Below, one piece after another: positions 40,121 through 53,819 of a stretch of 64,000 nucleotides of DNA. Numbering within the stretch: the first letter of the stretch is position 1; each line of letters opens with the position of its first letter. The DNA is from Chrysomallon squamiferum (lineage: Eukaryota; Animalia; Mollusca), in the NCBI GenBank assembly GCA_012295275.1, contig CM022679.1:31248001-31312000 (forward strand), written 5' to 3'. A program made the position numbers and the translations under genes. Under the pieces are notes generated by a model. That model saw only the letters and a program-made list of their open reading frames with translations, was not told the DNA's origin and made no database searches.

Positions 40121-42053
40121 ACATACAAACACACTATATAAATAAGTTACAGCCTTTAAACAAAGAAAAACAGATTCTTTATGTTTCTCTCGGAATACTG
40201 TTTTCTTTTTTTTTCATTTCCTGTTTAACGATGTATTTTTACCTTACACTGTTTGTTTATTCAAAGTCTATTTATAAAGATGACTAATCCGAACATTTGA
40301 GCATTCGCTAAATACTCCAACTCGATCATCCTCGATCCATTGCACTTTTTTCTTTCTCTAGCTAAAAATATTTCCAGAAATGTCAAAATGATACGAAATT
40401 CCCTGTCATCAATACACACAAAGAGACAAATTGATTTTTAAAATGTTTGCTTTGGGTTCGTGTGCTTTCCCCCCGAATGACATGTTTGATGTTTGCTAAC
40501 AGTTTTCTCACCCCTCGGAAAATGTAACCTCGTGTGTCTCTTTTGAGGGGTAGCGAAAGAACCAATGATTCTCGATTGTTTAGCAAAAAAAAAAAAAAAA
40601 GGTTATTTCCCTTGGATTTAGTGGGTTTTTTTTCTTGTTTTTTTTTTGTTTTTTTTCGAGTCAGTTTGTGTATGATGAATACGATTTATATCTATATATG
40701 TATGCATGTCTACTGGTAAGTATGTAGATATATGTATATGTATATACTTATGTACGTGTTCTATACTGTATATATATGTATCTATGTATGTTTGTGGTGT
40801 GACATAAAGCTATTTAGAAAAACATACATTTTTTGATAACGAATAATAAACTATTACTTCTTGACTTCGTGGTTGTGGTTGCCGGTGCAGGATAACTCTT
40901 ATTATTTCTATATTCAGTCTGCAAGGAAATGTAGAATTTTACTTAATGGACACCTAATATTATTTAAATTTTCAGGATCCTACAACACTAGTAGAAAATG
41001 GCGAATACAATTGTCGCAGATATCTTTTGTTTCTCGATTATATAATTTGTTTTATAACACTGAGATTCCAGATGCATAAGAAAGTGTGATCAACAAAAAC
41101 ATGTTATTTTTCTATTCTCGCTGAGTATGTAAACGACTACTGTAAATTTATCTAAATTTCATTTTCAACGCAGGAGTCTATTCTGCGGTGACTGTCATCC
41201 TTCAAAGTCGAATATTGAAAATATCTCCGGTCCACCAGACTGTGAATTTCTCCACACCTGACGTAAATCTTACTGCAAACTTTACCGAAAAGGGTGACGC
41301 AATGCAAACACGCCTAGAATTCAGACTAAGCAAACTCTAACGATCTACGGTTGTGAAAAGAAAAAAAAAATCCAATAACTAACCTCTCGACTGAACTAAC
41401 CCAAACAGCAAACCTTACACACAAGTCTGAGAACATTCCTGATGTCCAGTGAAAGTATTTGTGCTTGAGATTTAAAAATCTGATTAAATTGTAATAAATT
41501 ACACCTGACTAGTTTAGAATGGTCCGAGCTGATTTTTTTCTTTTTCTGCTGAATATTTCACTGACGTAACGGACGCAGAGGCCCCGTCTCAACTTGAAGT
41601 GTTTGTTTCGAAACACGAGATCCCTCTTCGTTTAACAGAACCACTTCAAGCCCTCCGCAGCCGTGGTTCTTTCTAATGATGTAATCATTCTCTGCGTTCT
41701 CCAAGGCTGGTAATTCACCGCAGGCAAAACAGGTGGCGTCTTTTTCAATTCTTTTGTGCGCAAACCGTGAAATGCTGGTTCGTCCATGTAACTGTGTTTA
41801 TATTTAAGATATCGTCTGATTAAATCTTTTCACTATGCTATAACCACGTTTTATTATCATGATTTATTTTTTTCCTGCAATAAAAATGTCAAAAAATACG
41901 ACAATAACTCACAGACAACATGGCGGCATAATCACAATCGTTCTTATCTCCGATATTCTACTTTATAATTTTGAACAGTTCATTTCTGTCGACATTCTAT
42001 TTACACCAAGATTCTTTCAGTAAATATACCAGAAAGAAGACAAAACTAAAAAC

Positions 42054-42105
<52 letters not shown>

Positions 42106-42229
42106 TGGAAAGAAAAAAGAAAACAACAAAAACAAAAAACAAAATAAACAAACAAAAATTTAAAAATAAAATAAAAAGAATATCGTAATATTCTGAAATA
42201 TATCGTTACCACATTAAAATTAATAGTGA

Positions 42230-42420
42230 TAAATATAACAACAACAATAACAAGAGTAAAAGTAAAACTGCGCATAGACAATATTAGAGAACGCACTAGC
42301 ACAGGACACAATCCGATCACTACCTTAAATACATCATATGCCGCTGGCGAGACTCGAACGTATGGCATCCAATCGCCCAAACTCCGTAAGCAGACGACTA
42401 TATCACTCGGCTATCAATAC
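42230..42420 (-). mobile_element. tRNA-derived SINE (or tRNA pseudogene), head at 42420-42339
   Basis: The minus strand reads TAGCCGAGTGATATAGTCGTCTGCTTACGGAGTTTGGGCGATTGGATGCCATACGTTCGAGTCTCGCCAGCGGCA. It has a Pol III box A (TAGCCGAGTG), a box B (GTTCGAGTC) and an anticodon-arm-like GTCTGCTTACGGA reminiscent of tRNA-Arg(ACG). The acceptor and anticodon stems do not pair well. A short unique body and T/A-rich simple repeats follow. Confidence 0.7.
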
Positions 42421-42986
42421 AACCAACCATATGTACGTATGTACGTGTGTATGTATGTATCTATGTTTGTTTGTGTGTATGTATGTATGTATGTGCATGT
42501 GTGTGTAGGTGTGTGTGCGTGTGTGCGAGTGTGCGTGTGTATGTGTGTATGTGCGTATTAAATAATACTTACGTTCAGTTAGAAACAACCAACTATTAGA
42601 TATTTCTCACACTTTTTGTTTGGTAAGCCCGCTGTTTTCACCGGCTGTTCAACTATAGAAATCGTGATAATGAAGATGACAGAATTACCGTTACTTTCTG
42701 GAACTGAAAATTGCCAAGAACAATGTCGCAGCACTTAAAGTTGCGATAAACTACAATTATCACTTCAAACAACTGACCAGTTCGCATTAATCTGCGAAAA
42801 GGACAATTAGAGCAAATTACTTCTCGTTACGTCACTGTGAAAACAGCCGCCATCTTTGTTCGTTATCTGCTAATTATGGCACGGTTTATTGTAAGAACGA
42901 CAAAGAAACTTCAAAACTGAAATGAAAGGATGAAGATGTGTTGAAAGGATTGTTTCAATTAAGAGTGAGGAGTATTTTGAATTTGA

Positions 42987-43055
42987 ATATGGCAGAAATG
43001 GTTGTATTATGTTAATTTAACTGTAAATGGTTTTAGTTAAGATCACAGATGTACG

Positions 43056-43139
<84 letters not shown>

Positions 43140-43490
43140 CATACATACATACATATACATATATACATATACATACATACATACATACATATATACATAC
43201 ATTCATATATAAATAAATATATATATATATACACACACATACATATAAATGATATATACACATAGATACACTACCATACGTACACACATACACACATAAG
43301 TGATATGCACACATTCACATACCCAACCATAGAGACATACGACCACACTCACACACACATACATTTACACACAACCATATATACAAACACATAAACACAC
43401 ATACATAGTACGCACGTGACACATACAAACAAATGCGTACTAAAAAAATTAAAAACACACACACATACACACACACATATACACATCCTA
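42987..43490. mobile_element. Interspersed repeat copy 2 (same ~75-bp segment as at 26772) followed by (TA)n/(CATA)n/(CA)n
   Basis: Segment identical to the copy at 26772, same orientation, 16.2 kb apart. Confidence 0.75.
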
Positions 43491-43721
43491 AAAATGATTT
43501 AAGAATTTCTTTAATTCTTTTTGTATTTTGTTTTCTGTATTTTAATTGTGTTCGTGTGTCTTTATTTGCCTGTTTAAAAATGATGTCAAATTATTAAACA
43601 AAATTACAAAAAGCGTATGAATCACAAAACTGACCTGGTATTTCCCATTCATTCTTAAATAATATAAAACAACAATTATATATTTAATAATTATTTCATG
43701 CAAAATCTTCCATCAGACCAA

Positions 43722-43770
<49 letters not shown>

Positions 43771-44505
43771 TAAGTTTGTTTTAACTATATCTATATTTTT
43801 TTTTTTTTTTTTTTTTTTTCTAAAGACGAGGTTTACGAAATGGTCAGTTTCCGAAAACAATAAACAAAAGTAAAAGTTTGGTCCTCTCTTCCACTGTTCA
43901 TTTATCTACACTTATCTATGTTTATTTTCCTTAACGCAGTAAATAAAACATACACCAGGTAAGGAGCGTTAAGTTTGTGTTGATACAGACTAAATAAATA
44001 TTTTTGTTTTAAATGATTTTGACTGAAAACTGTGTTAGGAGTTATTTCCCTTTTCATAAAGCGCTGTTACACCAGTGAAATAAGATACATACAAATATGC
44101 AGTTCTGTACGTGTGCGTTGAGTGCGTGTTTGTATGTATGTGTGTGAGAGAGACAGTGAATTAAAAGTATTGAGAGACAGAAAAAGAGTGACAGACGTGC
44201 ATATATGTGCGTTTGAGAGTGTGTGTATGTATGTGTTGTTTGTGTTTGCGCATGGCTGTGTTTATTTCGAACTAATCTTTTTTATACTTTAATTACTGGT
44301 TGTTGTTTTTTTCTTCTTTTTTTTTTTTTCTTTGGTGAGAAACATTGATTTACTTATAATGTATATTAAAATGATAATAAAATTAAAATGTACTACGTTA
44401 CAGTTAATTATTTAATCACTATTAATAAAGATAAGCTTTCAAGAACAATCTGGCTGGATTATGCTCGTGAGAGAGAGAGAGAGAGATATTTAACATTATC
44501 ACACG

Positions 44506-44566
<61 letters not shown>

Positions 44567-44759
44567 TTTACAACCTTCAGAATAATAATAATAATAATAA
44601 AAGCACATTTTGTTAAAGTTGGCCAGTACAAACTATTGTTTTGTTGTTTTTTATTTCCCTATCACACTGATATTCGAATCCGCAAAAAAAAAATAAAAAA
44701 ATAGAAAAAACATTTTCTAGTTTGCGCCATTTAGCCTGCCGTATCATTTTACTTTCCAC

Positions 44760-44970
44760 AACCTGGTCCCCCCCGCGTGAAAGTTTCCAATGGACTGTTC
44801 CAGGCTGATGTCCTCGCTCTCGCGCGACTCTCTTTGACTGACAGGGATAGTGGGCCGTCGTCAGTCGTCAGTGAGGTCTATCGTCTGCTAGCAGGCAGCA
44901 TGGTGTCCTAAGGTGGTCGTCAGCGCATTGCTTCTGCAGAAATGTAGGCAGACGTCGCCGCACCTGTTGG
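44760..44970 (+). promoter_or_regulatory. Probable core promoter / TSS region of the Meteorin-like gene
   Basis: GC/CpG-rich patch 220-430 bp upstream of the ATG. Tandem initiator-like TCAGT motifs at 44861 and 44868, and CCAAT at ~44787. Confidence 0.45.
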
Positions 44971-45170
44971 CGTTATGGATTACTCTGGATTATCAGCAAC
45001 AACAAAACAACTTCGTTTTCTCACTTGCAGCACCAGTAATATTTTCCACTCTTGTGTGCCGGATGTATAAACTGTATAGGAGTTCAGTGCTGTCTGCGAT
45101 TGTTTTATTTTTTTTAACGAAATTATATTATTATTATTATTAAATAACTTGTCATTTTAAAGTTGGTGTC

Positions 45171-45191
45171 ATGGAGCTGTTTGATAAATAA
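45171..45191 (+). other. 6-codon upstream ORF (MELFDK*) whose TAA overlaps the Meteorin-like ATG (TAATG)
   Basis: ATG GAG CTG TTT GAT AAA TAA; the last A (45191) is the A of ATG GAT ACC. Confidence 0.5.
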
Positions 45192-45330
45192 TGGATACCA
45201 AACGGCTATTTTCTATGCTGTTGTTTCTGACGGGTGTCGCCCGAGTGCGTCTGCAGTACAGCTGTGACCAGTGCGACTGCACAGTGGGGTAAGTTTGTTT
45301 ATTAATTATTAAATCATCATTGTTATAGTA

Positions 45331-45405
<75 letters not shown>

Positions 45406-47699
45406 GTCTGTCTGTCTGAGTATATATAAACAAATAATTAAACAAAAATTCGTTTTTAAAGAATGCTATCATTGTAATAAATATTCCACTTCTTTTTTAA
45501 AAGTTGTTTTAATTAGTTATTAATGCAATTAGTTGAGTTTACGTAACCTCTGCATTTCCCCCGTGCCAGCTGTATCAAACCGAAACACTCCCTCCCTGGC
45601 AAACAGAATTGAAAACATTACAGAAATGATACGAAAGGATTAAAAATGACAACTGTGGACAAGAACCCTGTTCTACCCCAACCCCAGGCAACTCCCCGTG
45701 TCACTGACAGTGACACCGAGTCAGAACGCCTGTAAATGTCAGACGGTTAATTACAAAGAGTAGTTGGGTGAATGCTGTGGGGTAACGATTGATTCCCTTA
45801 ATTAAATAACTGCGGTCTGTAAGGGAGTAGATGCAAAATTATTCTCGTAGTTTTTATTTATTTATTTATTTATTTATTCTTTCTTTCTTCTTCCTCATTA
45901 TTTTCTTATTAATCAAGATGTTTAAAGAAAAAATACATTGTAAATGTCAAACTTGTAAACAAAACAAAGCACAAACAATTTAATTCCCCCTTTTCTCTCA
46001 AAACAAACATTTACAATAAAACTAAATGATCCTTGTTGTTTATTGTGTTAACTACTGTATCGGTATGTCCGCTTTTTGAGTAGCTTTAGAGATTTGTCGT
46101 CCATTCACTCATATCATGTTGAAATTTAATTATTAGAATATTTTTAAACTGTCGAGCAGTTATTTTTCTTTCAATGAATTATACTGTTATAACCAGTGTG
46201 TGTTTGAAATACACCTGTGAAGGGTTTCAAAGAAAAGTGTCTCTTACCCATTTACATCTTAAACGCGAATAGGAAATAAAAAAGAAAAAAAACATAGGGA
46301 AAATGAAAGATAAAATAAAAAAGGTAATTCATAGTGGTTGCTCTCTCTCTCTCTCTCTCTCTCTCTGAATTTTTTTTTTTTATTATCTGCTGACCTATCT
46401 CTAGTCATTATCATGTTAACGATCTCACGTCACTAAATTTGAAATATACAAAAGAGGTACAAGGAATACCCAGATCTTTAAGGCAGAAACGATTAAATTT
46501 AAAAACAAATAAAAAAAAAAAAAAAAAAAATATGTTGTTATTTTTCTTTTAAATTTAGAAATCGCGTCCTGCTGTTTTTGTGGGTTTTTTTTTTGTTTTT
46601 TGTTTTTTCGTTACTCACTGAATGGAACAAATGGTTTCATAAGTATTTTGTTGTGTTTTGCATTATTAATATTCGTTGTAATAGTTATTTCTTTTTCATT
46701 TATTTCTAACAAATTCTGTATCAGTTTATTCGAAATAAACAGCAAACAAAAAGAGCAGAACAACAACAACAGTCTCGTTAAAAAGGAATAAATATCAAAC
46801 ATCGCAAGCTACAGACATCGCAAAAAAGAAAAAAAGAAAAGACGCTTATCAAAAATATTCACGTATATTCTGTTACAAATTCTAAAGCATTTGGCTTGTG
46901 TATTCGGAAATGCTAAATATCAGAAGTCACTCTATAACGATATAGACTCAACACCGGAGCGAAATGTCTTTTTTATATTCACAAGTAGTCGTGCTGTAAG
47001 CAGTGGCCACGTGACATGGCTTGCATTCCAGAGGTTCGTGTGTGCAGAAGACGACAGTGAAAGTACACAACATTATCCCCTTGAGCTGGGTCAATATTAG
47101 AACACAGGTAACGCAGCTGTACACAGGTAACTCAGGTGTATGCAGGTATCTGTTGGTCGCCAGGCTTTGGTGGATCAGACCTTGACAGGTATTCAACTGC
47201 CTGGAATGCAGGCGATCAATCTATGTCAGGCTTACCCCAACAGAACCGTTAGCGTCCTCTGTTGACTTGCCTTCGTCTCAAACCCTCCACTGAAAAGACT
47301 CTCGGCCTTCAAAGGGAATGAACCGTCATTAGCATTGCATTCAAAATCAACACTCACAAAAAAAAAATTTCTTCTCTTTTTTTCTTTTTTAATATCTTCT
47401 TTTCCTTTTCTTTCTCCTATTTTTTTACCGTTTCTTTCAGTTTTTTCAAACCCCCCTTTTTTTTCTTCTTTTCACTGATTTCTTTAAATGGTTCATCTTT
47501 TGAGTTTTTTTTTTTATTTTTTTTTTTACATAACAAAACAAGTATAAAATATCCCTCCCCCAATGATATATAAGCTCCAAAAAAGAGCTTAGAGAGGAAA
47601 CGAAGTTATTTGTCATTTGCTTTAGCGAAAAAGAAAAGTTCCTTTTACAAAAAAAAAAAGAAGCAATATATATATATATATATATATATTCATTGGATT

Positions 47700-47731
<32 letters not shown>

Positions 47732-47753
47732 GATTGAGAGAGAGAGTGAGAGT

Positions 47754-47797
<44 letters not shown>

Positions 47798-48228
47798 GAG
47801 AGTGAGAGAGTGAGAGAGTGTGAGAGAGAGAGTGAGAGTGGGGATGTTGGGGCATTCGGAAGACGGGCGAAATAGAGGCAGTGAAAGAGAGCAGAGAAAA
47901 ACCCAAATAGAAACAGAAAGAGGGACAGTGGGAGGGCTATCAGTAATGACGTGTTTGAACATGTTGAAATTTCAGCACACTTGCCACGGATTGTGTGAGC
48001 TACTTTGATTTCATATCACTTATAAAAATATTCCCAGCGCTCGAAGTAATAAATTATATTTTGTTATTGGTGCCTTCCAACGTTCTCCACTAAATGTCTT
48101 AAAACAGAAACAAATCATTCTTCACCACCAACCTATCTTCGACAACTTACATGTACGTTATATATACATATCGGATCTGTATGCATGATAAAATATATTA
48201 ACATAAAGAGTAAAACAGGTGTTTAAAA

Positions 48229-48270
<42 letters not shown>

Positions 48271-48385
48271 CTGATAATCAAAAGTGCAGTGTTACAAATG
48301 TAGAAATTTCTGTTTTGCATATATGATGATGTTGCTGATGATGGTGTTGGTGTGTGTGCGCGTGTGTGTGTATGTGTGTATATAA

Positions 48386-48424
<39 letters not shown>

Positions 48425-51400
48425 CACATATTACAAAGTGTATGTTGTATTCCTATCAATGTTGAGAAACGTAATAAGGTGTTGTGTAATAAATTATTAA
48501 TCCTCTCGGACCAGATATGCGTACTTTAAATTGTTTTTCTATCATACGTCAGTAGGAAACAATTACCCACACAACAGGTGGCCAGATGCCAGGACTGCAT
48601 CTGATGAAGGTGGTTTAAGCGACCTGCTGAAATGTCGTTAACTCAACACCCAGCCAGCTAGTTTACTGTTAGCCGCTAGTCACATTCAGGAACGGATCAA
48701 CTATTTCGCAAAGGGTGTGGCGTTTTGACTGCGTGGATAAAACTTTAAAAACAGAAATCGTTCCATTATAACGAGAAAAAAAATTATAAACTGGGGAAAA
48801 AAAAAAAATCTAATAATAAATAAATAAATTACAAACAAAGGAGGCATATGCCATTTTCACCCCCAGCCATAGATGCGCTGTTGACCTTTAACCAAACTGT
48901 GCGAAGTAAGTGTCCCAGACAAGCATTGTGTAACTCTGACATTACGTCAACACGGGAAAAAGGTCAACGACATTACACTGTGCAGATGACATTAACGTTA
49001 AAAACGTGCACTTGGTTCCCTTTTTCCGCGGGTATGCTATTAGTAATGTTTATTTTATGAAGTTTATATTGAGTGTTTGATCAACTACAGTTCAATTTCA
49101 AACATAAACGCATAGATGAATGCTTATTTTTCAAGTTTATGTTCTAGCAGACGTAATGAAAGCGTAATTCCGTAATATTTGACGTGGTGTGTGTATTTTG
49201 CAGTTTGAAAAGTACTTTAGAATTAAAGAAAAGAAAAAGAAAATGGGAAAATATAAATTATTTATGGTTAAAAGATCATTTTATTCTGGCTCAGACATTC
49301 GATTATCTTACCACGGTGTTAAATATGTTTGGAATTTATATAGCCTATTTATGACTGTGAGTCTACACGATTTTTTTTCTTCGTAAAATAAAGCTTGAAA
49401 CGTCTTTGGCGTGTTCTGAGCTAGCAGTTTAACGAGTTAACTGCACTTCTTGTTGTTAATGCATTGTGAAAGACGCCCAGAAAAAGAATTTTATGATCAG
49501 CGGAATTAGACAACGAGCAGAAAATACATGAGAAAAGAAATTTAATTTACTTTTCTTAGACGTTTTCCAGTGTGAACAAAGATAATAAAGATTTTTTTCG
49601 CAGTCTTTTCTCAGCATGCTTTATTATTAGAAAAGACTGATTACATTACTGAATAAAACAGCCGGTTTACAACATGTATTTACGCCGTTTGTTCGAACAA
49701 TAACTAATACACTTTAAATAAAAGCTCTTGATAGGATCTTACAAAAAAAAAAAAAAAAGATGAGAGAGAGAGACGTTACAGAATTTGTATTTTCTGAAAA
49801 AAAAAATCGTCTCGTATTTTATCCCTGCTTCTTTTTATAATAATCCTTCTAAAAAATTCTTTTCACTGTTGGACGTGATTTGAACACTATCATGACTTGA
49901 ATTTCCATCTTCCTTTATCATCATATTCTTCTTTCGGTTTTAACTTGTTTCCGATCTCATAAACTTTTGACCTTCGAGTCATCTGATACTTTCTTTCATT
50001 CATTCATTCATTTTATCGGAAAGTTTTCAATCTGCGTTTACAAAATGGATCTTTTTGAACCGGTTTTCAGAAATCACAAACATGTGACGTTTTGTAAACT
50101 ATATCGTAACGAAGCCGCACAAGAAAAGGAAATATATTAGCAAGGTGTTTCTGCTGGGAGCAGAGAGAGAGAGAGAAATAAAACGACCTGTTGATTGGTT
50201 CGCGGATGACTTCGAGATGTGGCGTTGGAAAGTGGTGGGGGAAATGGGAAATGATGTTTTACATGTGTTCGACCACGATCCCCTCTGTAAACAGGAAACA
50301 CGCCCTCCTCCTTCCATCACACGACCCTGCTTCCCACAGTACATCATTTGGCATTGGTTTTCAGCCGCTTGTCCTCCAGGCTTATTAATATTTGTCAAAC
50401 CAGGACGTTGTTATCATAGTTTATTAGCTGCAGCCTTTGGGTTATTTTCTTGTTCAATCCATCTGTGCTTCAAGCATGATTACACAGGTATAACAACTAA
50501 GAGCTTTCTGAAACATTTAGACCAGTACGTTAATGGAACACTTTTCCTGTGACAGAATGCTACCACTGTTTATTATAACCACTCTGTGTTTGCTTGCTCT
50601 TGCTGTTTGAGATGATGATGATGATAAAGACGACGATGATGATACCCGTAGCAGCTGCTGTCGTCGTTGTTATTTGTGCTGTCAGTGGTGGAATTATTGC
50701 AGTATCTGTATCGCAAAGAATATCGCAGCGACACATAAATACAAATTTATCAAGTACCATTCGTTTCGTTTAATGGCCTAATTCTACGGCAACCAGCATT
50801 GCACCATTAACTTCATTTTACAGCATTATTTACAGTCACTTTATTCCGCAATGGCATATGAGGGGCATTTCATAAAACATTCACAATGGAATAAAAGTGA
50901 CACGTATTGAAATTCGGCCCAGTATGTAACAATTGTTGAGCACTGACAATTGTGGATTATCCTTACTCAGCTGCATTCTAATTAATATTAATCGCAGAGG
51001 ATCACACGGATGATTGGGTTCCGACAGATTTATTCGCGATATGACAGGTTAAGTGGGTCATAAACCGTTACATGAACGAATGTATATGTTTAAATTTAGT
51101 AATGTTGATTCAATAGGATCAATAACATGAGCGATTGACCTCTTTTGTTGTTACTGAAATGCAGAATTACAAAGAATGTACTATTAGTCGGCATTCATGG
51201 ATGGTATAATTTTATACCTCTGAAAAAAGGAAAGTCGTTCAAACTGTAATGACTGTAAGGTTATCTTTACTTGTTATTTGTACCTTATCCGTTCAAAAAA
51301 TTGTTATGATACCGACAACATACAAGTGTGTGTATACGTATCCATCTGTACAAATACAAACACATGCACAATAAGATGTAAACACACTCACCCTCACACT

Positions 51401-53431
51401 CATACTAACACACAGACACACATATAGAGATAAGCAGGCATTTATCCATACAATACATAAATTTATATATACACGAACATACATATATATTTTAAAGCTA
51501 TTTTTTATCGTTTTATTTTTAACTTTAGCCGTGAATTAAACTGGACTGAATTCAGTAATATGAATTTGAAACAACGCCAGCTAAAGGTGTATACAGTCGA
51601 CACACTCCTCCTAGTATACCTGTATTTCACACCTTTCCTTTTCTGACAGAAAACGGACCCCCCCCTTCCACTACGTGATAACTGTAAAAAATATTAGCTG
51701 CCATTGCGCATTACGTGCATCCAGCAAGTGCCTGATAATCATCGTGGTTAATAAGGATTAAATTAGTTAACACATTACATCAACATGTTTAGCTACCTAA
51801 TTATTATTCCAGATGCCCAGTAAAACCATCAATAGCTATCCGGTGTCGTCTGCTTTTCTTGTGCTGTTGAAGGATTTATTACCCACACGTTTGCAACACA
51901 CAAATATGATCGTAGAATTGTTTTGTATTTGGTAAAGTCGTTTTGACAGTTTTACGGTAATAGTAAATACTGAATCAGCAATACACCCATTGATAAATTT
52001 TCTAAATTAGACGTCAAAGATAAAACAAGTCAAACGCCTTTAGTTAGATATATCTGTTAAGTGAAAAACGCAAATAAAAATATCTTCAACGAACACTTAA
52101 GATTTTCAGACCTATTTATTTTCATAAATTAAACCACAAATACATTAGGAATGTATATTCTGCAAATTCGAGGCTATCTGCAGCTGGCTTTCCTAACCAA
52201 AACGATGTTTATTCCATTAAGTGTTCAGAAAGTAACTTTGTAGCTTTTAATTTATGACTCTCTCTGTCTGTTGCTAAGCTGAAACTACATGTGCTCTTAG
52301 AGTTTTCGATGTTCTGAAAAGCGTGAAAGTGGAAAATGTTGCTTAGATATTCATTTTTTTTTTCTATATTTCTTTTTCTCTTTTTATTATTATTATTTAT
52401 TTATATTATATGTTGGGTTTTGGGTTTTTTTTTCATTTGCTTTTCTCCTCATTTCGTTCTTTCAGCTTTGTTTATATGTCTTTGTCTCTGTTTTAAAATA
52501 AAACTGTTTAAGTAAACTAAAGTAGAAAAGTTTATAATTGCTTGTTGATATAAAAAAAAAAATAATAATAATAAACTAACTAACTAAATAAATAAATATC
52601 ACCGCACGTTATTAATGACTGGAATTCGTTTGTGTCAGTTTTCGAGCGATAGGCGTCGTAACTGAATTACGTTTATCACGATTTTATTCTTGAAATTTCA
52701 AAAGCTTTTTTCTTCCTCTTTTTCCTTTATAACGTTTGTTGTTTACTCCGTCTTCGTTTATTTAATCTTTTCATTTTCGTTCTATTTTTTTTTTTTTTTT
52801 TATAACACGTGCGTTGTTCCCCCCCTTTAGTAACATCATTTTATTTTCAGCAATGCATTTACAATTTAAGAAAAAAATATTAAAATAATAACAGCGCGAC
52901 ACTGTAACATGGACTGTGTCATAAAAACTGTGTATTTTAACATTTTCCTTTGACAATCTGCGCTCAGCAGTTCTCAGATATCTTCTGATAAGGGTTTATG
53001 ATAGCACGAAAGTCACAGTGAACTCAAAAATATTTAAAATAACTTGACATACTCCTTCTGTAATAATTGTCAAATAAATATCCGGGACAACATAAAACAC
53101 TTGAGCTTTTAACATTCTGGGTTATTTCCCATTCCAAATAGTGGACAAAGGAAGTGCGATCCTGAATATGAGTAGGTTGACAATAAAATTACTTGCTGCT
53201 AAGTGATGAGTGGTTCATGGATTAATGCTAGGTGCAGTTTCTGTCGCGTGATTCATACTAAACAATCCCAGCATTATTATATCTGTTTAGTAACATATGG
53301 TTATAATTAGGGAAGATGATACAACTTCAGACATACCTTTACTTTTGAGCTGTATGTCAGACAGATATTCAGAATAAGTTTAAATTTAAATTTATCTTTT
53401 CATTTTTTTTTTTATTATTATTATTATTTAT

Positions 53432-53469
<38 letters not shown>

Positions 53470-53783
53470 TTCGTGTTTTGTGTTTGGTTTTGTGTTTGTG
53501 AGTGTGTGTGTCTTTTACTTGCAAGAAAAGAAAACCGTTTTCCGCGCCATGGATCAATGTTCTAAGAAGTTGATCATTGTTATCAAGTATAATGGTAATT
53601 GTAAAAGTGTTCCGTTTCAGAATTTAATCCCATAATTTAATGATATTTTAACGTTTTTTCCATTAGGATTTTTCAATAGCATTCCACTCCAAAACTTAAT
53701 CCTGTTTCTTAAAGGCACCTAGCGAACCGCGCAATCTTTTCAAACTTATTTTTTCATTACATGTAGTTTTCATAACAGGAGGG

Positions 53784-53819
<36 letters not shown>

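Noticed and set aside
42339-42420. Functional tRNA gene
   Set aside because: The acceptor and anticodon stems do not pair properly, so it is treated as a SINE head or pseudogene.
50099-50552. Overlapping 135-aa (+) and 99-aa (-) ORFs in Meteorin-like intron 1
   Set aside because: The + ORF has a non-ATG start, and neither has a recognisable domain or a convincing splice-site pair. More likely chance ORFs in a GC-richer regulatory island.
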